A stretch of DNA of 51,688 nt, counting the filler, from Jimgerdemannia flammicorona (lineage: Eukaryota), in the NCBI GenBank assembly GCA_003990765.1. It is 2 parts of 2 records of this genome, joined end to end, with 100 filler letters (N's around TTAATTAATTAA, not from the genome) between each part and the next. Parts side by side here need not be neighbours in the genome. Positions count along the whole stretch, not along the records: positions 25,898 to 51,688 come from RBNJ01000793.1; 1 more part is not named here. One strand, given 5' to 3'. Positions 25,898-38,666 of this stretch are shown piece by piece. Position numbers and translations under genes: made by a program. Every line of letters begins with the position of its first letter. Within the stretch, counting starts at the first letter, position 1. The notes under the pieces are model-generated. The model was not told where the DNA came from. It did not search any database and worked only from the letters and a program-made list of their open reading frames with translations.

Positions 25898-27469
25898 AAC
25901 TCAATGTCTTGATCAATCTCCTTGAGTTGAGTCTTGCTTTGAATAGTGATAGCTGGGGTCTTCTTTGGTCTTCCAACTGGCTTGCTTTTGCTCTTCTTGT
26001 CATAGGGCTTGGACTAGGTTCTGGTACCTTCAGTAGCACAGTAGAATTCAAGCTCCTTATAGTATTCTTCATCATCAGTATCACCAATCTCCTTGATGAC
26101 TACTGCATTAGTTTGTTCTCTGGTTCTGCTAGCATTGCCTGGTTGGGCTTTGTATCTTATTTCGGTCATACAATTCTTTGCATAGTGGCCTTCTTCTCCA
26201 TATCTAAAGTATGTAATATTGTATTCTTCTATAATAGCTGCAAATCTCTACACTGGTCTCCTGTTGGTACTTTGGACTTCTCTAACAACATCACCAAGGT
26301 GTGCAGTCATCTTGGCGAACTGCTTGGCAAGTTCCTCCACTGGGTTAGCTTCGGCTGTCTTGGGGGTAGGTGGAGATGGTTGTCTGTTTACAACTGTGGC
26401 AGATATGATACTAGTTGGCTTTGATGGCTCCATCTTGATGCCAGTTATTTACTCCATTGAGTGTTCAGCAGGGTATCTGGCAGTCCAATATCTCTGTGCA
26501 AAGACCACTTTCTGATCAAGAGTCAGTACAGCTGGGGTAGACCAGATTGCTAGGGCAATTTCAGAGTGAACTCCTTTGAGGAAGGTTGAATCCACTATTT
26601 GTTCCTTGGGGGCATCATTATAGCCAGCCAGGACAATCTGGTGGCAGATTCAAGTATAGAATGAGTTGGGATCTTCACTAAGTCTCTGGCAGATAGTATT
26701 GAGTTGATCCTTGAGAGCTTGCTTGATCTCTTCAGTATAGTATATTGTTCTGAGGAAGGCCTTCATGTTGGAAAATTTAGCTGCACTATTATCAACAATA
26801 GTGGTTGCATTGAATTTATCTCTGGCAGGTCCTCTGAGACTGACTGGTAGAAGGGCCAATTGTGCATCTACACCAAGAGCTTGTATGGCAGCAAATTGTT
26901 CAAAGTCTTCAATGAAGGTCAGGATTGACTCTTCAGTAGTATATCCATGGAATGTGGGGAGATATATTTCTATCTTGTCTTGAATTCTTGCAGGGGTGAC
27001 TCTTGTAGTCAGGGTAGTTGTTGTGGGGATTATTTATTTTTCAGCTTGAAAGTGAGGGATTCATCTTAAATCACTAGCCAATAGGCACCATATTGTCACA
27101 TAGTAGTTGCTGAGTCTTTTAAATATTCCAGATTCTCTTCAAGATATATCTCTTAGACTAACTCAAGCTTATTATAAGTAAGTTCTTATTGGAGTGCCTT
27201 CCCAAGGTCTTATAGTTCTCAAAATTCTTATCTTTAAACTGTCTTGTTATCTCTTAGATTGCTTGCAAGAGATTGTATGTATTGCACTAAGAGGAACTGA
27301 CTTTATTTCAGAGAAAATAAGAGGAGTATTTATACAAAATATAATTCAATAGTTGCTAAGATATAAAGCTAAATATAAATTCAATAACTAAAATAAAATA
27401 CCAGGACAGAAAAAACAGCTAAGTTCCAGGGTTGGCACTGATGGTTGTACAGGTTCAGGATCTGATATA

Positions 27470-27618
27470 ATTCAGTATTATATCAAAATACTAGTGCTGG
27501 CATTATTCAGTGTTATATCAGAATACCAGTGCTGGTATTATTCAGTATTACATCAGAATACTGGTGCTGGCATTATTCAGTATTATATCAGAATACCAGT
27601 GCTGACATTATTCAGTAT
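27470..27618. repeat. 35-bp tandem repeat x4.3 in family B LTR
   Basis: ATTCAGTATTATATCAGAATACCAGTGCTGGCATT units at 27470, 27505, 27540, 27575, 27610. Confidence 0.9.
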
Positions 27619-27629
27619 AACCAAGGGAC

Positions 27630-28466
27630 TTAGAGCAGAATGTTCAAGACTATGAGGGCTTCATAATTAGAGGTCAGAATGTCTTTGAAGGAGATGAGGT
27701 CTGCAAATTCATCATTATCATATGTTTTGTATACTTTGCATGCTTCATTATGTATCTCATATATATCATATGAGATGACATCATTGCTGATGACATCATC
27801 ACATTTGGCAGTGGGAAGGAGGTCTGGAGCTCTCCAGTCTATGAGATTCTCTTCCACAAAATAGGAAACAAATGTGGAGTCTTGGGTAGGTCTAACCTGG
27901 ATACTTGGGCCTTGGAATACTGAGATCAATCCTTGCTGAAATTGGTCTGGGTTGTTCTGAAGAATGGGATGCCAGAAGTCTTCTACTTTATCACTATTGA
28001 GAGTGATAGTGGACTGAGCTTCTGTAGCCACCCTGGCTTCTAGTGCATTGATACAGTGGGATGACAGATCTCTGAAATCTGAGACTCTAATATACTTCAA
28101 GTTGGAGATTGATCATAGTGTATGCCTGAAGATCTGATGGATCTTCTGAGCCATTCTTATCTTGTATATATCCATGGAAGTGGTATCTTGTAGCTCTTAA
28201 GGGCTGGCCTGTAGGAACTCCCAGCAGAGGAGGTTTCCTATTTTGTACTCCTGCGATATTTGGAGGCATTCGGTAGCAATGGTGATCCTTGTTTCCATTT
28301 CATGGCAGTAGAACATATAATGATAAGAGTCACTGATACTCAGGTTGACACTAGGAGTCCTTCTTAAGTGAGTCCTCATGGCTCTTCTGATGTCTTGGAA
28401 CATCCTTTTTTCAACTGAAGTACCTTGGTGGTTCCTTGACCTTGAGGTTTGGCAAGCAGCAGGCAT
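27630..28466 (-). pseudogene. LTR (U3)-encoded ORF of family B, 278 aa unknown protein
   Basis: ORF-track 28197-28466 and 27630-28100 are in one frame, separated by two stops that read Q and W in the solo LTR; TATAAAAG 80 bp upstream (28546-28553). Confidence 0.72.
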
Positions 28467-28921
28467 TTCATTTGTAGTGAGTCTTTGAGCTATTTTGGGA
28501 TTGGTGGATCTTATTGATTGCTGTTACTGTGGTTTCTTGATTCTTCTTTTATATTCCTCAAGATGCTTGTATCTTGGTCACAATGACTTACAGTTGGTCA
28601 TCATTACTCATCTTATATGCTGTATAATCTTCTTGTACTCCAATCTGATGGCTTGTAAGGAAAGACTGTCTCCTGTACTAATTTCATCATTCTGTAGTCA
28701 CCATTATAATATATATTTGTTAGCTTTAAGAATATAATAGTCAGAATAATGATCTAGTATATAAACTATATAAAAGATTATATAATATCACATAAGTAGC
28801 CTATTTATAAAATAGAAAAATCAATAAGTCTCTCTTTGATAATAGCTTTATATATATCCTATATAGTAGATAACTGTATATATATTCAATACTATATTAA
28901 TAGAATTACATTTATAGGTAT

Positions 28922-30377
28922 TGTCATGTAGTGGTCACTGAGTCCTTCAAATATGCCAGATTCTCTTCAAGGTATATCTCTTAGACTAACTCAAGTTATT
29001 ATAAGCAAGTTCTTATTGGAGTGCCTTCCTAAGGTCTTATAGTCCTCAAACTTCTTATCTTTAACTGTCTTGTTATCTCTTAGATTGCTTGCAAGGAAGT
29101 GTGTATATTGCACTGAGAAGACTGACTTTATTTCTGAGGAAATAAGAGAGGTATTTATACAAAATATAATTCAATGGTTGCTAAGATATAAAGCTAAATA
29201 TAAATTCTAATAACTAAAACTACTAAGTTCTAGGGCTGGCATTATTTAGTGTCACATCAAAATACCGGTGCTGAAATAATTTTGTGTCACCTCAGAATGG
29301 TGGTGCTGGCATTATCCAGTATAATAAAGAACTTAGAGCAGAAAGTTCAGGATTATGGGGGCTTCATCATCATTATCACTGAAGGAGATGAGATCTGCAA
29401 ATTCATCATTTTCACATGCTTCGATGTTATGCGGGATGATGTCATTGATGACATCATCATGTTCAGCTGTGGTGGGGAAATCGGGGATAAGGTCTGGAGC
29501 TCTCTAGTCTATGAGGTTCTCTTCCATAAAATAAGGAACAAATGTGGGGTCTTGGGTAGATCTTACCCGGATGCTTGGGCCTTGGAATACTGAGATCAAT
29601 CCTTACAGGAATTGATCTGGGTTGTCCTGAAGGATAGGGTGCCAGAAGTCTTCTACTTCTTTGCTGTTGAGGGTGATAGTGGACTGGACTTTTGTAGCCA
29701 CCCTGACTTCTAGTACATTGATATGGCAGGATGATAGGTCTCTGAAATCTGAGACTCTAATATACTCCAAGTTGGGAATCGACCATGGTGCATGCCTGAA
29801 GATCTGATAGATCTTCCTTGCTGTCCTTGTTTCGCATATATCTATGAGAGTGGCATCTTGTAGCTCTTGGGTGCTGGCCTGTGGGAACTCCTGGCAGAGG
29901 AGGTTTCCTATTTCATACTCTTGCCACATTTAGAGGCATTTAGTAGCAATGGTGATCCTTATTTCCATTTCGTGACAGTAGAGAATAAAGTGATAAGAGT
30001 CTGCAGTACCCAGGTTGATGCTAGGAGTCCTTCTTGAGCAGGTCCTCATGGCTCTTCTGATGTCTTAGAACATCCTTTCCTCAACTGAGATACCTTGGTG
30101 ATTTCTTGACCTTGAGGTTTGGTAGGCAGCAGGCATTTTGTTTGTGGTAAGTTTTTGAGCTATTTGGGATTGGTGGTTCTTGTTGGTTGCTGCTACTGTG
30201 GTTCCTTGATCCTTCTTTTATATTCTTCAGGATGCTCATGCTGTGGTCACAATGACTCACAGTTGGTCATCATTGCTCATCTCATATACTGTATGATCTT
30301 CTTGTGCTCCGATCTGGTGGCTTATAAGGAAAGGCCGTCTCCTGTACTGATGTCATCATTCTGGGGTCACCATTACA
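28922..30377 (-). mobile_element. Family B solo LTR (1456 bp), 4-bp TSD GTAT
   Basis: TGT...ACA ends; GTAT at 28918-28921 and 30378-30381. Confidence 0.88.
29333..30136 (-). pseudogene. LTR (U3)-encoded ORF of family B in solo LTR, 267 aa
   Basis: ATG 30136 to TAA 29333 (804 nt), in frame with ORF-track 29603-29929; TATAAAAG at 30215-30222. Confidence 0.7.
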
Positions 30378-31830
30378 GTATATAGGTAAATTATACAATT
30401 ATTATAGTAATGAAAAATAAGCTTAACAGAGTTATAGAAGTTCTATATAAGGAATTCAAGATAACTAATATAGATAATATATTATTTATTAAATATAACA
30501 AAAGAATATATATATATTATATATCTCTTATAGTTAATCTATATTTAAAGCATCTCTTATTAAATGAATATGAGCAAATATAAGCTAGTAAATACTTTTA
30601 TAAAACTTCTATAAAGTTAAAATAGACTGATACTATACTAGAGGTAAATAATAATATTCTTTATTAGTGAGCAGTCAGTTCTCTCATATACTATAAATAT
30701 AGTAGTACAGTACTCATTTTGCTTTAATATTTTATATTAGAGTACATACTATTTAAAGAATTTTTAAATATATTAAAGATATAATATACTATTTACTCAC
30801 CCTTAGCAGATTGAGCAGAATTAATAACAATAAGAATAAGAACAATAGCATATAACTATCTAGTATATATAATACTAATTAGACTAACAACTTAGATAAT
30901 TACTAATATATAACTGAGTACTTCTTTAAATTAAATGCCAAAGGAATTATACCTTAGCAAATACATATATAGAGCTTAGTAGTAATATTATCTATTTAAG
31001 TAGAGTATTAGTATTATCCACAGTAATAAAGAAAGTTATTTGGCTATACTAGCTATTAAAAGATCTTATTTTTTATCAAGAGTACTCTATGCTTATTCAT
31101 CAGAATGATCAGTCTATGATTATAATGATCAAGAATACTATTCATTATAGTATAATCAAACATATTGATATATAATATTATTATTTAAGAGAAATATAGA
31201 GAATAGATCTATATACTTGAAATTTATCTCTATAGAGTATATTATTATAAATTTACTTACTAAAGCTCTTCTGAAATCTAAATTTAAATAATGTACAAAA
31301 GAAATGAGTCTTATAGTAAAATATTATCAGCAATAAAACTATATACTAACAATGAATAATTATAGAATATTTTATAATAAAAAGAAAGTAGAAAAATAAT
31401 ATATTTTTATTCATCTTTCTCTCTTTTTAAACATTGAATTATATTATGATTATTTATTAGATTTTCTTTTTTTTCTTCTATATTTGAGTTTTTCTACTAT
31501 TAGGATCTTCTATATCTTTTATTTTTATAATATTTTATTATACTTTAAGAATAGGTAGATAGTATTCTTATAGTATATTCATAGTTATTTTGTAGTTATT
31601 GTTTAGTTATATTATATTTCTATTTATATTACATCCTTATATATTATCTCTTTGAGTAGGAGTATTGAAGTTCTCATTAGTATATATCTTAATAATATGG
31701 CTTAGAAAAATGATTATTTATAACTATATCATCTTTGAGTTATATTACTTGATATATAAATATATGAATAATTAATAAATATAATATACTCTTCTACTAT
31801 ACTCTATACTCCTAACTAAGTTACAATATA
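30378..31830 (+). mobile_element. Highly decayed Ty1/Copia 3' part (RT/RNase H remnant, PPT, short LTR)
   Basis: Residual KHIDI (~31158) and LLTKAL (~31252) motifs; PPT-like GAGTAGGAG then T(G)TTGA at ~31663. Probably continues left into 28709-28921. Confidence 0.6.
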
Positions 31831-32300
31831 TTATAAAGAGAGGTATTTTTATTCAAGTTACATAGATTATATATTTCATATATTACTAATGAATGCTATA
31901 AAACTAATAGAATAGTATAAGTTACATACTAATATATCAAGTTGTCATATCAATACTCTCACTCAATAAGATATATAATCTAAAAGAATGCAAACTTGAT
32001 TAAAAAAAACCCCCTAATACAATATATATATAAAAAATGAACTACATATATCTTTATATTTAAGAATTTTTTGTAGGTCAAAAATTAGTCTGAAATATAT
32101 CAGAAATATCCAAAAAAAACAATATATATAATTCATATAATATACTTGTAGATAAGAGATGTAACCAATATAGATATAAATATATCATATAGTAAGAGAG
32201 GCCTTTTACAGTCTAAAAAATGGCCCAAAATTATCTAAATATTAATGTACTACTTATAGGATCTATTCCATTAATATATTGCTTGAACTTTGGCTTTGAA
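31830..32300 (-). mobile_element. Decayed Copia 3' end in opposite orientation
   Basis: TCAATACTCTCACTCAA at ~31950-31966 is the reverse complement of the Copia PPT/LTR junction seen at 31651 and 34321. Confidence 0.4.
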
Positions 32301-32429
32301 AGGGCTTTTATAAGTAAAGCAGTGATTATATACTCTATGGAGAAATATTCTAAGTATATAGTATTGTTTTTTACATTATAAATAACATTATATAAACTAT
32401 ATCTATAAGTATAAGTATATTATAACAAC

Positions 32430-34484
32430 TGATGAGCCAGCAAACTATGACAAAGCCATATACTTAAATGATAAAAAGAAGTGAAAAAAGGCTATAAATA
32501 AAGAGTACAGTTTGCTCATTGAGAATAATATCTGGAATATAGTCTCTCTTTTAGTAAATTGATAAGTAATAGGATCCCATTAAGTATATAAAATTAAGCA
32601 TAATAGCAAAGATAGTATAGAGTAGTATAAGGTCTGATTTGTAGTTAAGATGTATTTATTAGGATATATTATAAACTACAATGAGATCTTCTCTCTAGTA
32701 TTCAAGCTTACTTCAATTAGAATACTTCTTATAATTAGAGCCAAATGTAATTAAAAAATCTATCAAATAGATATTAAGACAGTCTTCTTGAATAGTGATA
32801 TACATAGATATAGAGCTATATATCTGTTAATTATAAGAATATAAACTATATAATAATAATCAAAATATGCTCATATATAAATTATATAAAGGTTTCAATA
32901 ATATTAAACAAATGATAAGACTATAGAACTGAAAAATCATAATATATCTCTTAGACAATAGATCTAAGTATCACAAAGCTAATATATATATATATCTAGC
33001 ATATACTAGTACCTAGGAATTTAGGTTGATGATATATATATTCTGATTAAAATAAAAAACAAGATCAATGATATTATAGTAACTATGCCAGAAATTCAAA
33101 ATAATAGATATGGATAATATATTATATCTTCTTGAAATATTAATTATATATAATAAGTATGAATATATTATATATGTATCTATCATAAGCTATATATATT
33201 TAGACTATACTTAAATAATTTAGAATAAGTGAATGCAAACCTATTGGAATATCTATAGAAATATCTGTGAGGCTCAAGAAGTTCAGTAATACTATAGCTA
33301 AAGATAATTACATATTCTCTATTGGTAAGCTGTAGAAACTTGTATATATCTTATACTTGAGATGAGATCTAATATATCATATATAGTTAATAAAGTGATA
33401 CAGTATCCATTCTGTTATAACAATTCACATTAAATAGCAATTAAGTGCATTTTTAGATATATTAAAGATATAGTATACTATATGCTATATTTAAACAACA
33501 ATGGATCAAGCAGGAGTACTATAAAGTTATATAGTATATATATGTGATACCAATTAGATCAGTGATCTGAATGACAGATAGTTTATAACTAGATATGTAT
33601 CTCTTTAAAATTAGTAAAAATTAAGTTATTTTATAGTAAATATATAAGTAATATTCAGTGACAACATCATTTATATAAGTGGTATATTAAGTATTATCTA
33701 TAGTAATAAAGAATGCTATATAGCTTCTGAAACTACTAAAGGAGTTAAGATATAAATAACAGTACTCTATATTACTCTATCAAGATAATCAATCTATAAT
33801 TACTATAGTAAAGAACTCTATAAATTATGCGAGAATGAAATATATTAATATATAATATGATTTTATATAAGAATATGTAAAAAATGATACTCTATATTTA
33901 GAATATACTTCAACAGAGTATATAATAGCAGATTTGATAACTAATGCTCTTCTAAAGATAAAGTTTATCTTATATATATAAGGAATGAAATTTATAAATA
34001 ATTCTATATCAGCAAGTAATAAACAATAATAATAATACAGCAATAATAGAAGTTTTTTGGAGTGCTGAAAAGTCTCCAATTATATCTTATATATATATCT
34101 CTATATTCTTACATATCTTACATACATCTATCAATATTGCTTATATCTTTTCATTTATAAATGAATCTGGATCTATATTACTAATCTTTTACTACATTCT
34201 TGACCTATTTTTATACTTATATAAAAGCAGGAAATTTGGACCTTTTTTGGTCATCTAGATTGCACCCAGTTAGTTATAATTAGTTAGTTCTTTATTTTCA
34301 TATTCTGGAACATATCTCATTGAGTGGGAGTGTTGAAATATCTTAGTTATAGCAACTGAATATGTGGTAGTGCAGCCTGACTATATCATTCTGTAAATAT
34401 TATCAATATATATAAATGCTTATAAGCTAGTATCAATAAACAATTGCTGCTTCTCTCCACCTGTCTTCCAAGTATTCCACAACA
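32430..34484 (+). mobile_element. Decayed Ty1/Copia element: RT-RNase H, PPT and 3' LTR
   Basis: EPANYDKAI, (W)KKAINKEYSLLIENNIW, YKV(R)FVVK, QIDIKTVFLN, VDD, QDNQS, ADLITNAL; PPT GAGTGGGAG (34322-34330). Confidence 0.85.
34331..34484 (+). repeat. Copia 3' LTR (154 bp)
   Basis: TGTTG...CAACA ends with internal TATAAA and AATAAA. Confidence 0.8.
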
Positions 34485-34695
34485 TTAATAAAGTCTGAAA
34501 CTATACATAAATAATAATATAATTATCCCCTATCAATAAGTAGTAAGAAGCCTTACATATCTTATGCTTAGAAAATAACTAGATATCATATATATAGTCA
34601 ACAAAGATACACAGTACTATAACAAAATTAATTAGATAGCAATCAAGTAAATTTACAGATATATTAAAGATATAGTATAATTCATACTCACCCTG
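34485..34695 (+). mobile_element. Further Copia RT fragment
   Basis: Similar to 33330-33490 (GATATATTAAAGATATAGTATA shared). Confidence 0.5.
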
Positions 34696-36421
34696 GTACT
34701 GTTCAGGTTGAAAGACAGTATGGGTAGATTGTTAGGTAGGCCATTTTTCGGGTTCAACGTGCTGCATGGTTGGCTATTTATCAGGGTTTGTAAATTTCAG
34801 AGCCAGCTCCATTGTGTACACGGGTGGTAAGACAGATGACGAATACCATTATCTGAAATTAGGGAAGTTGCGTAAGCCGTGAATTTACGGAAATGTCACG
34901 TAAGGTCACGTGCCCACATATCGAATTGTAATGTGAATCATACATAAAGCAAAGCTAAATAAAAGTCTAAATCTACATAGATTTAATTTTTTTATATTCT
35001 TTTTTCATGACGTTGTACTATACAAAATTTATTGAGGGTTATAGGTTGGGCGCACTGTATAAAGGAGCCCGCAAGTGACATCTAAAATATTCACGTTGTT
35101 GCCATTCGTTTCGCGTTCCACTGGTAAATACCCGACGCATGCCATTTACCTTTAAAAGACGCGAGGCTCGGGGCTCTGTTGAACAGACAATTATAACCTC
35201 TTGTGTCGATCGAAAGGTTGTGGTGTGTTTGCATTTTCGGTACGGTCATCTCCTGAGGTTTCCCATACTTCCCAAATCGCTTTTCGATTGTTTGAATCCC
35301 ATTATATATATTTTTTATTTTCAAACACTTAATCCTTGACCACCCTCGATTGCATTGTCTGTCAAATGGTTGTGAAGTTGAAAACGGATGATAACATCTC
35401 TGTCGTCTGAGAATCTTGGCTAACCCATGGAATTGCCAAATTTGGCGTCTGTACACAGGTCCTGACTCTCACCCGGGAATGCGGATTCAATCCCAATCCC
35501 CGGGTGATTATAAAACCACCGCGGCATTCCTCGAAATGTGCATGGCGTAATGAGAAGAGTGTGTCTCGTTAGGGGCTATTCACATGCCCCCGGAGGCGAA
35601 GCGTTCAAGTTTGTGAACATTATGTTTTAGTTCTTATTATGCGTTGCTTTGTCCGCTCTACATTCTCTAATTATAGAGTCGTATATATACAAAACTATGA
35701 GCCTTTCCCTACTTCTTTACCTACATCGTCATTCCCCATCTAAATCTAATTTCTATAAATTTTGGTTTTGATAACGTGGCAATGCCAATGTGAAGGCGAA
35801 TTTCGGCGACCACATTAAATGTTTTTGTTTAATGTTATTTGATGTTTCATTCTCGAATGGTTTTCACCGGTCTCCCCACTTTTCGCTTCCAAATTTTTTA
35901 TTTGTCTCTTGTAACGCCATTCTCAGCGGGAAACAGCGGTAGGCTCCCTGTCACGTTACATGGCATTCTGTGACCCCGATTATGCAACTAGTTTTTAAAG
36001 TAATTTCGTGTCTTAAAAAAAAAAAAAAAAAAAAAAAGGTGGCGTCTTTCTTGCTGAATCTCGAACCAGTATTTGGTCCTTGTCATAACAAACAATACTC
36101 TATTGGGTCAAGTCAGGTCACATAGGAATGTAAATAACTATTCCATACTTCCGAAAAACTCCGGGAATGGCAGAATTGAGTCTGATAATTGAAGGAAAAT
36201 ATCCGTCGGATCGTGCTCTTAAGGAGCACTGCAATCAATCAATCAACATCATATGAACATAAAATTTTGTCCTATGTGACTATATCTCAGGATTTCCTAT
36301 CCTATTTTTTTATTTTATTTTATTTTTTGTTTTAAAAGGGGCTGCATTTTCCGAGTTCAAATAGAAAAAAAAAAAAAAAAAAAAAAAATTAAAAAACTGA
36401 AAAACCTTAACCCCCCCAATC

Positions 36422-36803
36422 ATGCCTGATCATAACGATTTCAAAGTCGACGACCACGTTCGGTACAAGATACCCAACTCGCCTCAGTCTACAGGTGTAA
36501 TTGCTAAGATTTTGACAGAGGTAAGTATGAAGAGTATTCTCCTTTTCTCAATTATCTGGAAACCATTTTCGCGAAAAGTATCTATAATTCCCACCAGCAT
36601 AATCCGCCCAAATACGTCGTAAGGGACGATGGGACTGGCCTAACATACGGCAAGTGATAGGCTGTTTGATTTTCACGTACTTACATTTGCGCATCATTAT
36701 ATGGCGCTCTATACCCCACACCTTTAAATGTGGTTGGAAATTTGACCAAACCATCTTTATTACCCATTTAGTTGCCGCGCTTGAGGACATCAAGAGGCTC
36801 TGA
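36422..36803 (+). CDS. Small Hva1/DUF2945 Tudor-like domain protein, 60 aa, 3 exons (36422-36520, 36598-36649, 36772-36803)
   Basis: MPDHNDFKVDDHVRYKIPNSPQSTGVIAKILTE/HNPPKYVVRDDGTGLTY/VAALEDIKRL*; intron 1 GTAAGT...CAG, intron 2 GCAAGT...TAG; pattern FKVxDHVRY...GVI..I.T...P.Y....TG fits my recollection of the Hva1_TUDOR family. Confidence 0.72.
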
Positions 36804-38180
36804 TAAGACTGGTTGGGAAAATGTATGCCTGGCTTCCCGCAGTCGACAAAAGGTGTATTTGTAGCACAAATGAATTACTGGGTGGTAGGAATTAAACCAT
36901 TGTTATTTGTGGCAACAACTGATAGATTGAATCGGCATTACATGTGACACTGTAGCTGTTTCCAATATGCGAGAGGTTGTGATTTTACTGGCCGATAACA
37001 TGCTTGCTTCAAAAATAGGACCCATTCCGGTTGAGTGTAAACTTTTTATCCGTCGTTAGTGTAGCGTTTTTATGACGGCAGTCAATAACGTTGGCAATAT
37101 CACTATTTGTGAGGATGCCTTCAAAGTATTTATACTTCAGTTTGATTGATCTTATATATTTAATACGTCCGTTAATACAAGCTGAGGTGTGTTAATGTCG
37201 GTTAGATGCCATCTGAGGGAGTCGCTCCTGCGCGGCGAAGCTCGGCGTTGCGAGAATTCTCCGAAAATTGCATAAATGCAACACATTGCAAAATCAGTCG
37301 TGTGATCGTATTACAAAGAGACATGGTGCTGTCAAGTAAATTGTTGGTGCTAACCAAATGAATGTGTATTACCCAGGCCAGTGCGTAATGCTATGGAATG
37401 TGTACTCTGTGTTGGATAGGTTTATAGGCATTTTCTGTCATGTCATGAAACATGCTGAATTCTAGTTTGATGACCAACTCTTCGGCAAAAGTGTAGCTTA
37501 ATATCCGTACTCTCTTCGGAATGTGCTTTGAAGGATTTAGTTTACTAGGCGAATACAAGCGTTAAGGTAATGTCGAAGGAGAATGGCATAAACATGACCA
37601 TTGGCGAATTGGATATCCGAACAAGGTTCTTGGGTGCTGGTTCGCACGTCCCAATTTACCGGGTCATTATTATATAATCACTACTATTCTTCAAAGTGCT
37701 TCACACTCACTTGCGTTCCGAAAGCCGTGTTGATAGTCCACTCTCGTCACCGACATCGTTTCTTTTACACGCTCCTTCTCCATCTTAATCTTCACACTTC
37801 TTATGCCTTTGATTTCATGTTCGTTTTTCATTTACGGTCAAACCCGTCACCATCAAATATTTCAGCAACTACGTGATCGTCGACTACCATGAAGTTTTTA
37901 TCTCCCTCGTCTGCCTGACGTTCACCTAGTGCTTCCTAAACCTTTTGCTGTCTTACGATATGCCCCCCCTCCCCCTCCCACCCACCAGACCATATTCGTC
38001 CGACTGCAGATGCTGAACGATTTTCAAGTTATATTCCGAATGTTTCGCTTGGGCCACTCATATCACCAAGTCCAATTCTTCATACAACCTCGCACACCTC
38101 GCGCAAGGCTTATATGAAGGGTATATGTTTGTCTCTTTACTATGTCAATTTCGTATTTGTGGCTCTTGTGAGAGTGACGA

Positions 38181-38666
38181 TTGATACAGCACAAAAAAGG
38201 TGCTACGGGGGGTGGGGGAAGGGGGACCCTCATATCGAACTCTACAATTATAACCTACCTATCACACTCTCATATTCCCCAATGGCTATGGAGTACGAGG
38301 TCGAGTGCAAGAAGTAATTCATTGCCCAAGAACAACCTTGCTGACTACAACCTCCGCGCCCGTCGCCAAACGTTCCGGAACGCCATCCGGCAAACTCTAC
38401 ACACGACCTCGCTTACCTCCTTCGCAGACAAGGACGGGGTTCTGCGTCTACCGCTTCGGCCGCCACCGCCATTTTCTCACGTTAGTCTTTATCAATGTTT
38501 ACGAATCCCCGGATGCCCTCCTCAACGTCCATGCCCCGCGTATCTCGACTTCACCCAAATCCGGCCAAGGTTCAATGCCGCTCGCGTCGCCCGCGCAGCA
38601 CAGTATTCGGATGATGGACTCGATGCATTTGCAAAAAACCTTACGAGGCCCCAGCGACGTCTCTAG
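38181..38666 (+). CDS. Possible orphan coding exon (161 codons), start unresolved
   Basis: Longest ORF in the CpG-retaining island, GC-rich; candidate splice sites GTATAT ~38121 and CAG 38189; no recognisable domain. Confidence 0.25.
   Translation: MIQHKKGATGGGGRGTLISNSTIITYLSHSHIPQWLWSTRSSARSNSLPKNNLADYNLRARRQTFRNAIRQTLHTTSLTSFADKDGVLRLPLRPPPPFSHVSLYQCLRIPGCPPQRPCPAYLDFTQIRPRFNAARVARAAQYSDDGLDAFAKNLTRPQRRL

Larger units (their letters stand above)
25898..28708 (-). mobile_element. Ty3/Gypsy family B, 5' part (5' LTR, PBS, gag), cut by the gap
   Basis: LTR 27094-28708; TGGTGCC PBS 3 nt inside (27084-27090); gag (YLPTFHG..FIEDFEQFA..LLPVSLRGPAR; decayed knuckle (C)FR(C)GEEGHYAKNC ~26170-26215) homologous to family C gag. 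Confidence 0.8.
27094..28708 (-). repeat. Family B 5' LTR (1615 bp)
   Basis: Homologous to 28922-30377; TATA GTATAAATAC (27326-27335) and AATAAA (27302-27307) on minus strand. Confidence 0.85.

Noticed and set aside
27470..27618. 35-bp repeats of CRISPR-like length
   Set aside because: Head-to-tail with no spacers, inside an LTR, eukaryotic context, no cas genes.
33825..34079. Hydrophobic 84-aa ORF (and similar at 48212-48945)
   Set aside because: Low-complexity product of AT-rich decayed repeat sequence.
35091..35456. 121-aa minus-strand ORF in the island
   Set aside because: Non-ATG start, no recognisable domain or splice support.
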